DNA from: the human T2T-CHM13v2.0 reference genome, Homo sapiens
DNA length: 64,000 bases
Direction: 5' to 3' (one strand)
Assembly (NCBI RefSeq): GCF_009914755.1
Contig: NC_060927.1
The notes beneath the pieces were generated by a model. That model worked only from the letters and a program-made list of their open reading frames with translations, was not told the origin of the DNA and made no database searches. Both the position numbers and the translations under genes were made by a program. Positions 37,924 to 53,734 of the stretch are shown here, piece by piece; position 1 is the first letter of the stretch; the number at the start of each line of letters is the position of its first letter.

Positions 37924-38084
37924 TGTCACTGACAGGAGAGATGATACCCTGGATGACCTGGTACATTCCTACATAAGAGAGAGCAGTGGTGTTGCACATA
38001 CAGACAGACGCTCGCCACCTGGCAGCCCGAATTCAGGCAGGTGCTAAATATCTCCAGTGCCTCATCCTGAGTGGGAGTAGACTC
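37924..38084 (-). repeat. 161-bp duplicate of the NMNAT3 intron/exon junction 36437-36597
   Basis: Direct alignment at offset 1487; about 9 mismatches counted by eye. Confidence 0.93.
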
Positions 38085-39301
38085 AGTAGTCAAATTTTTG
38101 ACTACTGATTTAATTTCCTTAATGATTATAATTCAGAATTTCACTTCTTCATTATGATTTTGGCAACTTACATTTTCCAGGATTTTATTCATCATATCTA
38201 AAATTTGAAATTTACTGGCATAAAGTTAGTTGTGATATTCTTTTTTTTTTGGCAATCACCGCTTTAATCAAGCAATGAAAGTTATCACAAATAATAGAAC
38301 AATTTGCATTGTGTGCATCCTAATTTGATACAACAATAAAGTATGAATTCACCTATGAATTGGTTAACCATACAATTTATCAGCTAAAAGGTTCATTTCT
38401 GAGAGTGAAATTACATGTTATTAATAATTATACCCAAACAATAGATATAAACTAGACATAGACAACTCTGGATTTATCCTTACCTGTAAGTATCCTAGCC
38501 AACATATTTAGACTGGAACTAATCACAATGAAACATTCAGACAATTGACCTGTCCTCTTCACAAAAGTCTAAGTCATGAAAAACAAAAACAGGACTACTC
38601 TAGATTAAAAGAGACTAAAGATACAGAATAACCAAATTGTGATGAGTTTAAATGCTATATGGGGGGAAGCTACAAGAGGTATTTTTGGGTCAATTAGGGA
38701 AATTTGAATATGGACAGTATATTAGATGATATTATGTAATTTTCATTAATTTTCTTAGGAGTGATAATGGTACTGTATTTATTATACAGGAGAACATCTT
38801 TTTTTTTTTTTTACACAAGTGTCATAGCAACTTTATTTGAAATAGTAGAAAATGGGAAACAAGTAGTGTAAATGTCCATCAACAGATAAACAGATAACAC
38901 TAATTGTAGCATATCCATACAACGAAATACTACTTGGCAATAAATGTATGACCTATGGATACATGCTACAACAAAAATGAGTGTCAAGTTATTTATTTTG
39001 TGTGAGAAAGCCAAACCAAAAAAAGGAAAAGAGTACATACTATATGATTCAATTTATATAATATTCCAGAAAATGTACCTAATCTATAATAAGTAGATAT
39101 AGATCATTGATTAGAGATGGGGTTGGAGAGCGTGGAAGTGTGCTGTGGGGAAAGCTGGATGAGAAAGATGATAAAAGTCAGGCAGAAACTTTGGCAGGGG
39201 TTGGATATGTTCATTTTCTAACTTGTAGTGATGGTCTCACGGCTGTACACATATGAGACAACTTTAATACTCTTGAAACATACGTAGTTTATTATATGTT
39301 A

Positions 39302-39653
<352 letters not shown>

Positions 39654-39748
39654 CCACATGTAAGGCAAAAAACAAAAGAGAAGATCTAACTTCTTAGTAA
39701 ATGTGTTCACCATTGGGGTGTTTATAAAAGAGATGTCATTCTTTATTA

Positions 39749-40098
<350 letters not shown>

Positions 40099-40356
40099 AG
40101 AAAATGTACACTTAATATTTAAGGGTGAAGTGTTACAAAGCCTGAAACTTACTTTCAATTGGTCAACAAAAAATATATATAATATATAAATACAAGCTCA
40201 CATATATAATAAAGAGAAATAGAGAAATAAAGTAAATGTGGCAAAATATATAGGTATTCAATGCAACTCTTCTTTCAAATTATCTGTAAGTTTGAAGTTT
40301 TTTCAAAATAAGTTGGAGGGAGGAGCAGTCCAAAAAAATATATATATATTTTTTAC

Positions 40357-40638
40357 CTTGAAGTCGCTCATCAGTGAATATTTTGTTTGTTTGGTTCCAG
40401 GTGCTATCTATAAATATAATTTTTTTCAGTGTTGTGCCTTTGCACTTGCTGTCATTCAAATCACAGAACGCTTGTTCTTCAGTTCTTTTGCGTTTAAAAG
40501 ATGACTTGTCAGGGTCATCATTTTTGCTGCTAACATTATTTTGAATCCTTTTTTGCAGATGAAAAGAAATATCTTTTATTGAGATAGACTGAGGTCCAGG
40601 AAAAACAAGTGCAACTTCATGGTCCTTTTCTTCATATT
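40357..40638 (-). CDS. Candidate retrocopy-derived NMNAT3 cassette exon, 282 nt (94 aa of DTWD1-like sequence)
   Basis: Acceptor TTTTCTTGTATTCCAG|AA and donor CAAG|GTAAAA. Phase 1 to phase 1 with no stop codon. Confidence 0.6.
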
Positions 40639-40925
40639 CTGGAATACAAGAAAACGTGTAAATGTTTGCAAATTCAGGTGCTAAGAGTTTTGCATGTATA
40701 GCAGTACTTTTACCATCTGTTTCATTTGGATGTTTAATGATGTCAATCTTCAATGGAAGTTTCACAAGTGGAATCTGTTCAATAGGTACATTTTCAACTG
40801 GAATGTAACATGTAGAGCAGTAGAACATTCTGGAACCACCACATTTGAGACATTTTGATCTCCCACTTTGCTGAGCTTTTTGAAGAACTTCTTGAGATGC
40901 TAAACATAAGTTTTGAAGGGGATCT

Positions 40926-41215
40926 TCTGAAGCTATGGAAGTAGTTTGTGACTGTTTTGTTTCCACAAAGTTTGAATTATTTTCTTCACTTCATTTGAGA
41001 AATATAGGTGGATTGAGAGACATTCTTCATTCAAACAAAAGTTTAACAGCTATTTCTAAAACACATATCATCTGAAGCTATGGAAGTAGTTTGTGACTGT
41101 TTTGTTTCCACAAAGTTTGAATTATTTTCTTCACTTCATTTGAGAAATATAGGTGGATTGAGAGACATTCTTCATTCAAACAAAAGTTTAACAGCTATTT
41201 CTAAAACACATATCA
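40926..41215. repeat. 145-bp tandem duplication (2 copies) in the DTWD1 retrocopy
   Basis: 40926-41070 and 41071-41215 appear identical by eye. Confidence 0.92.
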
Positions 41216-41635
41216 TATGTGCACTGCGAGTCCTCGAACAGCTCCACGCGTCTCCAGCTCTGCCCAAGCCCGAGCCACGCGACGGGCTGTGATCGCGCAC
41301 GGACCAGACGGTATGATATTCTTTTATCTGTTTAATGTCTTTTATCTGCACCATCTGCAGTGATGCCCATTTTCATTCCTAATGTTGGTTGTGACTTCTT
41401 TCTTTTTCCTTGGGCAATATTGCTAGAGGCTTGTCATTTCATTAGTTGGTTCTTTTCAAAGAACCAACTTCTGGCATATTAGTTTTCTCTACTGAAGCTT
41501 TGCTTTCTGTTTCACTAATTTCTGGTCTTATTTTAAATAATTCTATCCTTCTACTCTATTGGTGTTATTTTGCTATTCTTTTTCTAACTTCTTGTGATGT
41601 ATGCCTAACTAATTAATTTGCAGTCTGCCTTCTTT

Positions 41636-41875
41636 CCTTGAGAACTTGTTTGGAGGTTCTAGCAGAGGAGTGCAGCTACTTGTATACCCTTGACTGAAGA
41701 CCGGTCCTCCTCTATCGGGGATGGTCATCCTCTTCAGCCGAGCACGCAGCTTTGGGAGGGATGCACATGGAGCGGTGAGGGAGGAAGGGGAACCCGTCTA
41801 GGCAGCCAGATCAGCCGAATCAACTCTGGCAATCAATGGGGTGACAGATGTCTCAGCCAGATCACCCTCACATCC
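41636..41875 (-). pseudogene. 7SK snRNA pseudogene (RN7SKP-type), 3'-truncated at about nt 240
   Basis: Minus strand reads GGATGTGAGGGTGATCTGGCTGAGACATCTGTCACCCCATTGAT...CTAGAACCTCCAAACAAGTTCTCAAGG, matching the 5' three quarters of 7SK. Confidence 0.92.
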
Positions 41876-43552
41876 TTATTTCCTACTATATACAGTTCAG
41901 GCTATAAAATTGCCCTCTAAACAATCCCACAAATTTTGATATGTAGTGTTTTCATGATCATTCAGTTCAAAGCATTTTCTAATTTCCATTATGATGTCTG
42001 TTTTGATCCATGACTTATTTAGAAGTATTTTTCTTAATTACCAAACATATTGTGATTTTTGGTTATCTTTTGTTATTGATTTCTAGCTTAGTTGCACTGC
42101 AGTCAGAGAATATACTCTATATTGATTCAATCTTGTGAAATGTGTTGATATTTGATGTCCTAGTATATGGTGAGTTTTGGTAAATGTCCTACGTGTGCTT
42201 AAAAAGAATGCATATTCTATGGTTGTCAAATGTAATGTTCTGTCCATTCAGTCAAGATTACTAATTGTTTTGCTTAAATCTATGTTCTGATTTTTTTGTC
42301 TGCCTCTTTTATTAGTTATAAACAGAGGCATGTTAAAATCTCTCACTATGATTGTGGATTTTCCGTTTTTCTTTTTAGTACTTTCAACTTTTGTTTCATA
42401 CATTTTCAGGATTGTTTTATAGCTCAGAATATGACCTATCTTAGTGAATATTCCATAGGTGCTTGAAAAAAATATATATTCTGCTGTTGTTGGATGATGG
42501 AGAGTTCTGTTACACATCAATTTGATGCTGTTGTTGAGTGTCTTTATTTCTATATCCTTGCTGATTTTCTGTCCAGTAGTTCTGTCTAGCAGTAGTAATT
42601 GGCAATTGTGGGGTGTTGAAATCTCTACCTATAATTGCGAATTTGTCTATTTTGCCTTTCAGCTCTATCAGTTTCTACTCCATGTATTTTGGGATCCTGT
42701 TTTTGGTGTGCACACATTTAATGAGCTTTCAATGAACTTTTAATTTTGTTTATTTTGGTCATAATTTCTAGAAATTCTGATGAGTTTTTCATCAAATCTG
42801 GTGACTTTCTATAGTTTCTTTTTTCTTTAGATATAAATACTACTTTTAAAATCTGTATCATACAATGCCAGTTTCAAAGTCTGTACAGGTTATTTCTGTT
42901 GTCTGTTTTTTCTGATAGTTCTTAGTCATATTGTTTTCTTTTGTGCCTAGTTATTTTTCAATGTTTTCTGGTGAATGCTCCTGAGCAGTTATTTGTGAAA
43001 GATCCTCCAGATCTAAGATAGATATTCCAGAGACACTTCATATTTGCTTTTGCCAGGCACCTAAAACTCATGAATAACCTGAAATCAAATTCCTGGCTTG
43101 AGTTTTTTTGGCTAATCCAGGATGGGAGTTTCAAATCTGAGCAAGGACTCATGTGTGGCTGCTTCTTCCTAGGGATATTTTATTCTTTCACTTTTCCTCT
43201 TTTGCCTCAGCACTAAAGCACTAAGGCTTCTCAGAAGTTCTCTAGGATTAGGGGGAAAAGGTGAATTAAGATCTAGTTTACCTTACCCCGGAGGGTATAG
43301 CTCCTTGTGGGTTCAGCTGAATGTAGGGGAAGTCAACTCTGAGGCTTCTCAGCTTGGAAGGGATCCAGTCTCTGAATTCTGTTCTTCCCGACTTGCATGG
43401 CTGCTGATTCAAAGCTTAAGTGAGCCGTTCTGGCAAGTGCTCAACAGGGCACCAGTGGCTCTGGTGCTCCCATAGCCTGCTAACCTCTCTGGTTCCAGGT
43501 GTTTATCTCTCAGCTTTTTAGCTTTAATAGTGAAGTTTGCTAAAGAGAAGCA

Positions 43553-43818
43553 GAACAGAAAACCAATACCGCATGTTCTCACTTCTAAGTGGAAGCTAAT
43601 GATGAGAACTCATGATCACAAAGAAGGGACCAATACACACTGGGGTCTACTTGAGGGTGGAGGGTGGAGAGTGAGAGAAGCAGAGAAAATAACTAATGGG
43701 CACCAAGCTTAATACCTGGGTGATGAAATAATCTGTGCAATAGACCCCTGAGACATGAGTTTATCTACATAACAAACCTTCACATGTACCCTCGAACCCA
43801 AAATAAAAGTTTAAAAAA
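43553..43818 (+). mobile_element. L1 3' end fragment (older L1PA/L1PB)
   Basis: accgcatgttctcact...acctgggtgatgaaataatctgt...cacatgtaccc...aaataaaagtt. Confidence 0.8.
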
Positions 43819-46800
43819 GGTGAAGTGTGGAAAACGTGCTACCCACCACTTTTTGTTGTTTTAATGGAAAAGTTGATCCTAAGAGTGTAGGCTGCCCCCC
43901 TGGAAACTGGAAGCATTTTCCTTCCATGGTAATCCTGGCAGGCCCAGGCTCTCCTTCCTGAGGGCTGAGGTACCCCCTCCTTCAAGGGGATGGCAGAACC
44001 CAGCTGAGAGCAAGGAGGTCATATTCAGTTTTTGACTCCCACAACTGGCTCTTGAAACTCATTTCAGAGGTAATGCTTGTGAAGGTTAAAGCTTTCATTT
44101 AAAAGAGCCAGGCTATATTGAGAGAGAAAAGGTTTATTTAAGTTCCAAAAGTTACTCTTAAAATAATCAAGAACCAGAAAACCCGGGGAATCAGAGTGCA
44201 CAGTTTCACTAAAGCCCACAGAGCAGTAAAAAGAAAAGAAAGTGAAAATGAAAACAAAAGGCCCTTTTTGGCCTGAGGGTGAGGTGAGGTGGAAGAATGG
44301 GCAGAAGGGCAGAGAAAAGCCTGATAGACAATGTCTGTGGTGACAGTTTAGACAGGTATTAGGCCTGCTCCCTATACTCTCATACCCTGCAGAGATAAAC
44401 CTAATTTGTATTGGGGTTTGGGAGGGCATAGTTAAGATGCCCAGTTAAATCTGACAATGTTAGAGCAGTGGAGTTTATATTTTGCTTCCCATCTGGAATT
44501 CTGGAAGACCACCTTGCATTGCCCTGTGCCAATACACAACGGCACTGACAGAATAGAAATGGCATGTGGCGTGTATAGCAGAGAGAGCTTCAGAACAGCC
44601 TCCTTCAGCTTTGGCAAGGTATGGCACAGATCCACAGCAATTCTAAGTCTCCTTGAGAGGAATAGTGAAGGAGGCTGAGAATTAGCAGTCAGCAGGTGCC
44701 TGGGCTACTAGCGGGTAGATACAGGGTATAGGGAGTACAGTCCAAAGCCAGGGACTATGGCATTGACAGTACCATGGGGAGCCAAGGCACAGGTCCAGAC
44801 AACAGGGATATAATGCCTGAGACAAGAGAAGCTGAGGAGGCTTCAATAGTGGAGCGAGAGTGGATAGATGCCAGTGCCTAAGATTAAGGACAGATCCCTC
44901 GGCTAGAAAGTAGTGAGGGCAGCTGCCCTGTTTTGGAAGCCAGGATGCTAAGCCATCCAGGATGCTTAATGCACTCTTGGGGAGGTAGGCAGGAAAAAAT
45001 GCACTTGATTAATAACTAACCTGTAAAAGACTAAGCTGAAAATTAAAAAGTTTACCACTTCAGGAATCCCTTGAAGTGACATATTTTTTCACAATTCATG
45101 GAAATGGTGGCTTAAGATCAAGTTGAATGTTATAGAAAGCAAAGTAAGTTATCTTTCTGCGCATCTGAGCTCATGTTATACATGGGACATACATGCTCCT
45201 TCTTTTTCTCTTCCTGTTTAAAAGAAATGGGGGTTGGGAGGACTAACTCCTGCTGGGTGCTGACTTTCTTGAGCAATTTACATACATTTAACCTTCACAT
45301 TAATTTCTGTTTTATAGAAGAAAATGGTGGAAGGACAGGGCTCTCTCCAGGCAGCTCTGCTGGGCATGTTGGATACCCAGGTGTCACCTGTGATGGTTTA
45401 GCTCATCTTGATAGGGCAGGCCCTGCATTGAGAAATCAATGCTTTTTTATAGCACCCAGGAGAGGAGAGTCAATAAAAATAACAATTTGATCTAAAACTC
45501 CTTCTTGCCCTCCAAATGGTCATAAGTCCAAGCCTTTTCCCTTCCCCACTGCTCTAGGTCACAATCCCAGTGACCCTCTCAGGCCCTCCCCCACTAGATG
45601 CAGATACTTCTCCTGTGACCCTCTGCTGCTCAGACACATCTCCATTACAGCACCTGTATGAAAATGATTCATCTGCCTGTGCCTTTCCCATGACACTGAG
45701 CGCTCCTTAAGGACGTGAACTTGTCTTTTCGTTCTGGGTAACACGACGAGCACATTAGTTAGAATGAAGATATACCATCCCTACAGACAGAATTCCTTGT
45801 TTATCTCTACCCTCTCTGAAAACTAAGAAAATGATAATAAAGGAATAAATAAAGTATGAAATCATAAGGGCAAAGAGAGTGCAAAAGGAGACAATAGTTG
45901 GGAAAATGCAAAACATTTTGGACACTGGAGAGCTGATAAAAATTGATAATAAACCAAGCAGAGTCTTCTGCATGCAGGGAAGGCAGTAAGAGGCAAGCTG
46001 TGCAGTAGCAGAGGCCCAGAGTGGCTCAGGAATCGGAGGAGCCAAGAACCTCTCCAGGTGGGGGTGCCAGAGGGCCTGAAAACAGGAGGGCCAGTTGAGA
46101 GTTTGTATGAAGAGTCCTTGGATCCACCCCAGCCTCTAATCGCCTACGTTATCCTCCCATTGTGGCAGAAGGGCGCATATCTACTTTCTGCCTGGGTTGG
46201 ACCAGAGAGAACCTTTATTCTCAAATATAGGCACAGCTGAGGGAGGGGAAGTAACATCTTTAAGACAGAAGGATTAAGTATGTTTCCCAGAATGTCTCTC
46301 TGGGGAACAGACCTACCTAGGAAAAGACACCAACACCTACACACATTTGGGGGTCTTGAACCTAGGGCCTGACCATATAACCATGAGGTCTATCAGCTTT
46401 ACATTCACATCCAGAGCTTCTAGCCTGCATTTAGGGCCTGATCTGCAAACATGAGTGGACAGTCTAGGAAGAGACAAATTTTGGAAAGGTGCTCACCATG
46501 AAAGACAGAGACTAAAACAGCCACCAGGAGCAAAGGAACTTGGAGGATACAAAGGCAATGCAGAAATTGTATGCAGGATTTGCAGGAATTGTATGCAGGA
46601 ATTGTAAAATAGAAGAAAAGACTAGAGGTTTAATATAGGAGGTACACAGTGAACTAATAGAAATTTCTGAAAGAGAACAGGAAAACAGAAGAAATTATCA
46701 AATAAATAAGACATTCTATTTTCCCAGACTAGAAGGACATACATTTTCAGAATCAATGGTCCTCTGAGAATCAACATTTGGCATAAAAGAAGATTCACAC

Positions 46801-47032
46801 AATGGCAAAACATTATAAGATTTTAGATGAGTAGGTTTAAAGAGAAGGTCCTGAAAGTTTCAAAAGAGAAAACCAGAGGTTTAACATACAGAACTGGAAA
46901 GCAGGATAGCATTGGATTTCTCAACAGCAAGTCTTGAATCCAGGAGACAGTGGAGTGAAGTCTTCAAAATGTTAAAGGAAAATCATTTCCAACCTTAATT
47001 CTACATTTGGCCAAACTACCAATCAATTAGAA

Positions 47033-47245
47033 CAGGTGTCAGCAGGCTTTTTCCATTATTGGACAGATAGTAAATAGTTTAGGCTTTGCAGGCCACATAC
47101 AGTTTTTATGGGCCACATACAAGCTTTGTTGCATAATTTTAAAAGCCATTTAAAAAATGTAAGCAAACCATCCCATAGCTCACAACATGAATGAAAATAG
47201 GCTATGGATCAGATTTGGCCCATGGGCTGTAGTTTACTGCCCTCT
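47033..47245. mobile_element. MER58-like hAT DNA transposon
   Basis: cagatagtaaatagtttaggctttgcaggccac...gatttggcccatgggctgtagttt. Confidence 0.6.
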
Positions 47246-48389
47246 GAAGTATGGCATGAAGTTGTGTTCATACATGCTAGGTCTCAGAAAATTTACCTCC
47301 TCTATACCCTTTCTCACAAAGATGCCAGAAGACGAACTCCACCACCCAAATAAGAGAGTAAACCCAAAAGCAGAAGGCATGGGATCCAAGAAACAGGGGT
47401 TTTGAATCAGGAAACAGGCACAGAGAATCCCCAGGGAGACAGTGAAAGGCAATCCCAGGATGACAGTATAGTGGGTACAGAGAGCTGGATGTCCAGCTAG
47501 GACCTGGAGGGCTTCAGGAGGGATATGGGCAGACACAAAACGGAACAGACAGATCATCTGATGAATTTGTCTGTACTAAGAAGAGTTTTAGAGATCTTTT
47601 GGTAAAATTGGGACTGAATTAATGATAGGCATAGGAAACTAAGGCAACAAATACATGAACAATTACTAACTCTAGGAAAAAACCCAAAGTTTATATGGGA
47701 GGCAGTGGAATCATAGTGCACTGCATGGTTTTCTTGACACTATTTACATAGACATAAATGTGAACAATAATATGAATCAAACCCAAAGTTATGAGCTAAT
47801 CAATTTGGGAGCATGTGGTGGAGGCGAGGTGTGAATGGGAGGGTGGAGGTGTGAGAGAGTGAAATCTTCATTTTTCCTGAAGGAAGCCAAGATATATTAT
47901 CTAAATCTGAAAAAACAAGATATAACAGTATAAGCTTGTTATTTAGAAATGGGGAGTCAAGTACCAGAGAAAACATCTGAAAGAGTCATAAGTGATTGCT
48001 CTGGGAACCAGGAATCAGAAATGAGGATGGAACAAATAACACTATAAGCCTTAGAGTAACAACTTTTATTATCTAATAAATTTATAAATATGATATATAA
48101 AATAAGCTTAAAAATTAATGCGTGCTGTAGAAATATTACAGTCTACTGAAAAGTGTGAAGGATAAAAAGTTAATAAAACGTATCTAAGATGTTAATATGG
48201 TTTATATTATAGTTCATTTTGTATTTTTTTATACTTTTCTTCAAACCACGTAAATTCACTTTTAATTCTTCTTTATTTAGATTATATCATAAGGGTTTTT
48301 CTTGGTCATTAGCACTCTTGAAAACATCACTTTTAATAGCTGCATAATGATATAGATTAAAAATATATAAAAAAAGAATTTACTCAGAG

Positions 48390-48900
48390 GAGGAGCCAAG
48401 ATGGCCGAATAGGAACAGCTCCGGTCTACAGCTCCCAGTGAGAGCGACGCAGAAGACGGGTGATTTCTGCATTTCCATCTGAGGTACCAGGTTCATCTCA
48501 CTAGGGAGTGCCAGACAGTGGGCGCAGGCCAGTGTGTGTGCGCACCGTGCGCGAGCCGAAGCAGGGCGAGGCATTGCCTCACCTGGGAAGCGCAAGGGGT
48601 CAGGGAGTTCCCTTTCCGAGTCAAAGAAAGGGGTGACGGACGCACCTGGAAAATCGGGTCACTCCCACCCGAATATTGCGCTTTTCAGACCGGCTTAAGA
48701 AACGGCGCACGACGAGACTATATCCCACACCTGGCTCAGAGGGTCCTACGCCCACGGAATCGCGCTGATTGCTAGCACAGCAGTCTGAGATCAAACTGCA
48801 AGGCGGCAACGAGGCTCGGGAAGGGGCGCCCGCCATTGCCCAGGCTTGCTTAGGTAAACAAAGCAGCCGGGAAGCTCGAACTGGGTGGAGCCCACCACAG
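48390..48900. promoter_or_regulatory. CpG-rich L1 5' UTR (sense and antisense promoter region, YY1 site CAAGATGGCCG)
   Basis: Dense CpGs visible; YY1 motif at about 48397-48407; established L1 promoter architecture. Confidence 0.7.
48621..48836 (-). CDS. L1 ORF0 (71 aa, antisense 5' UTR ORF), intact
   Basis: MAGAPSRASLPPCSLISDCCASNQRDSVGVGPSEPGVGYSLVVRRFLSRSEKRNIRVGVTRFSRCVRHPFL* matches the primate ORF0 as I recall it, with two substitutions. Confidence 0.8.
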   Translation of the reverse strand: MAGAPSRASLPPCSLISDCCASNQRDSVGVGPSEPGVGYSLVVRRFLSRSEKRNIRVGVTRFSRCVRHPFL

Positions 48901-50356
48901 CTCAAGGAGGCCTGCCTGCCTCTGTAGGCTCCACCTCTGGGGGCAGGGTACAGACAAACAAAAAGACAGCAGTAACCTCTGCAGACTTAAATGTCCCTGT
49001 CTGACAGCTTTGAAGAGAGCAGTGGTTCTCCCAGCACGCAGCTGGAGATCTGAGAACGGGCAGACTGCCTCCTTAAGTGGGTCCCTGACCCCTGACCCCC
49101 GAGCAGCCTAACTGGGAGGCACCCCCCAGCAGGGGCAGACTGACACCTCACAAGGCCGGGTACTCCAACAGACCTGCAGCTGAGGGTCCTGTCTGTTAGA
49201 AGGAAAACTAACAAACAGAAAGGACATCCACACCAAAAACCCATCTGTACTTCACCATCATCAAAGACCAAAAGTAGATAAAACCACAAAGATGGGGAAA
49301 AAACAGAGCAGAAAAACTGGAAACTCTAAAAATCAGAGCGCCTCTCCTCCTCCAAAGGAACGCAGTTCCTCACCAGCAATGGAACAAAGCTGGATGGAGA
49401 ATGACTTTGACGAGCTGAGAGAAGAAGGCTTCAGACAATCAAATTACTCCAAGCTACGGGAGGAAATTCAAACCAAAGGCAAAGAAGCTGAAAACTTTGA
49501 AAAAAATTTAGAAGAATGTATAACTAGACTAACCAATACAGAGAAGTGCTTAAAGGAGCTGATGGAGCTGAAAACCAAGGCACGAGAACTATGTGAAGAA
49601 TGCAGAAGCCTCAGGAGCCGATGCGATCAAGTGGAAGAAAGGGTATCAGCGATGGAAGATGAAATGAATGAAATGAAGTGAGAAGGGAAGTTTAGAGAAA
49701 AAAGAATAAAAAGAAATGAGCAAAGTGTCCAAGAAATATGGGACTATGTGAAAAGACCAAATCTACGTCTGATTGGTGTACCTGAAAGTGACGGGGAGAA
49801 TGGAACCAAGTTGGAAAACACTCTGCAGGATATTATCCAGGAGAACTTCCCCAATCTAGCAAGGCAGGCCAACATTCAAATTCAGGAAATACAGAGAACT
49901 CCACAAAGATACTCCTCGAGAAGAGCAACTCCAAGACACATAATTGTCAGATTCACCAAAGTTGAAATGAAGGAAAAAATGTTAAGGGCAGCCAGAGAGA
50001 AAGGTTGGGTTACCCTCAAAGGGAAGCCCATCAGACTAACAGCAGATCTCTCAGCAGAAACTCTACAAGCCAGAAGAGAGTGGGGGCCAATATTCAACAT
50101 TCTTAAAGAAAAGAATTTTCAACCCAGAATTTCATATCCAGCCAAACTAAGCTTCATAAGTGAAGGAGAAATAAAATCCTTTACAGACAAGCAAATGCTG
50201 AGAGATTTTGTCACTACCAGGCCTGCCCTAAAAGAGCTCCTGAAGGAAGCACTAAACATGGAAAGGAACAACGGGTACCAGCCACTGCAAAATCATGCCA
50301 AAATATAAAGACCATTGAGACTAGGAGGAAACTGCATCAACTAACGAGCAAAATAA

Positions 50357-53734
<3,378 letters not shown>

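Noticed and set aside
40280-40966. Standalone functional DTWD1 gene
   Set aside because: Nonsense at codon 11, no introns in the coding part, C-terminal exon missing and TSD-flanked; the listed ORF start is GTG.
46563-46606. Short imperfect tandem (gaattgtatgcag) units
   Set aside because: Small slippage repeat in an old L1-like region; no spacers, so not CRISPR-like.
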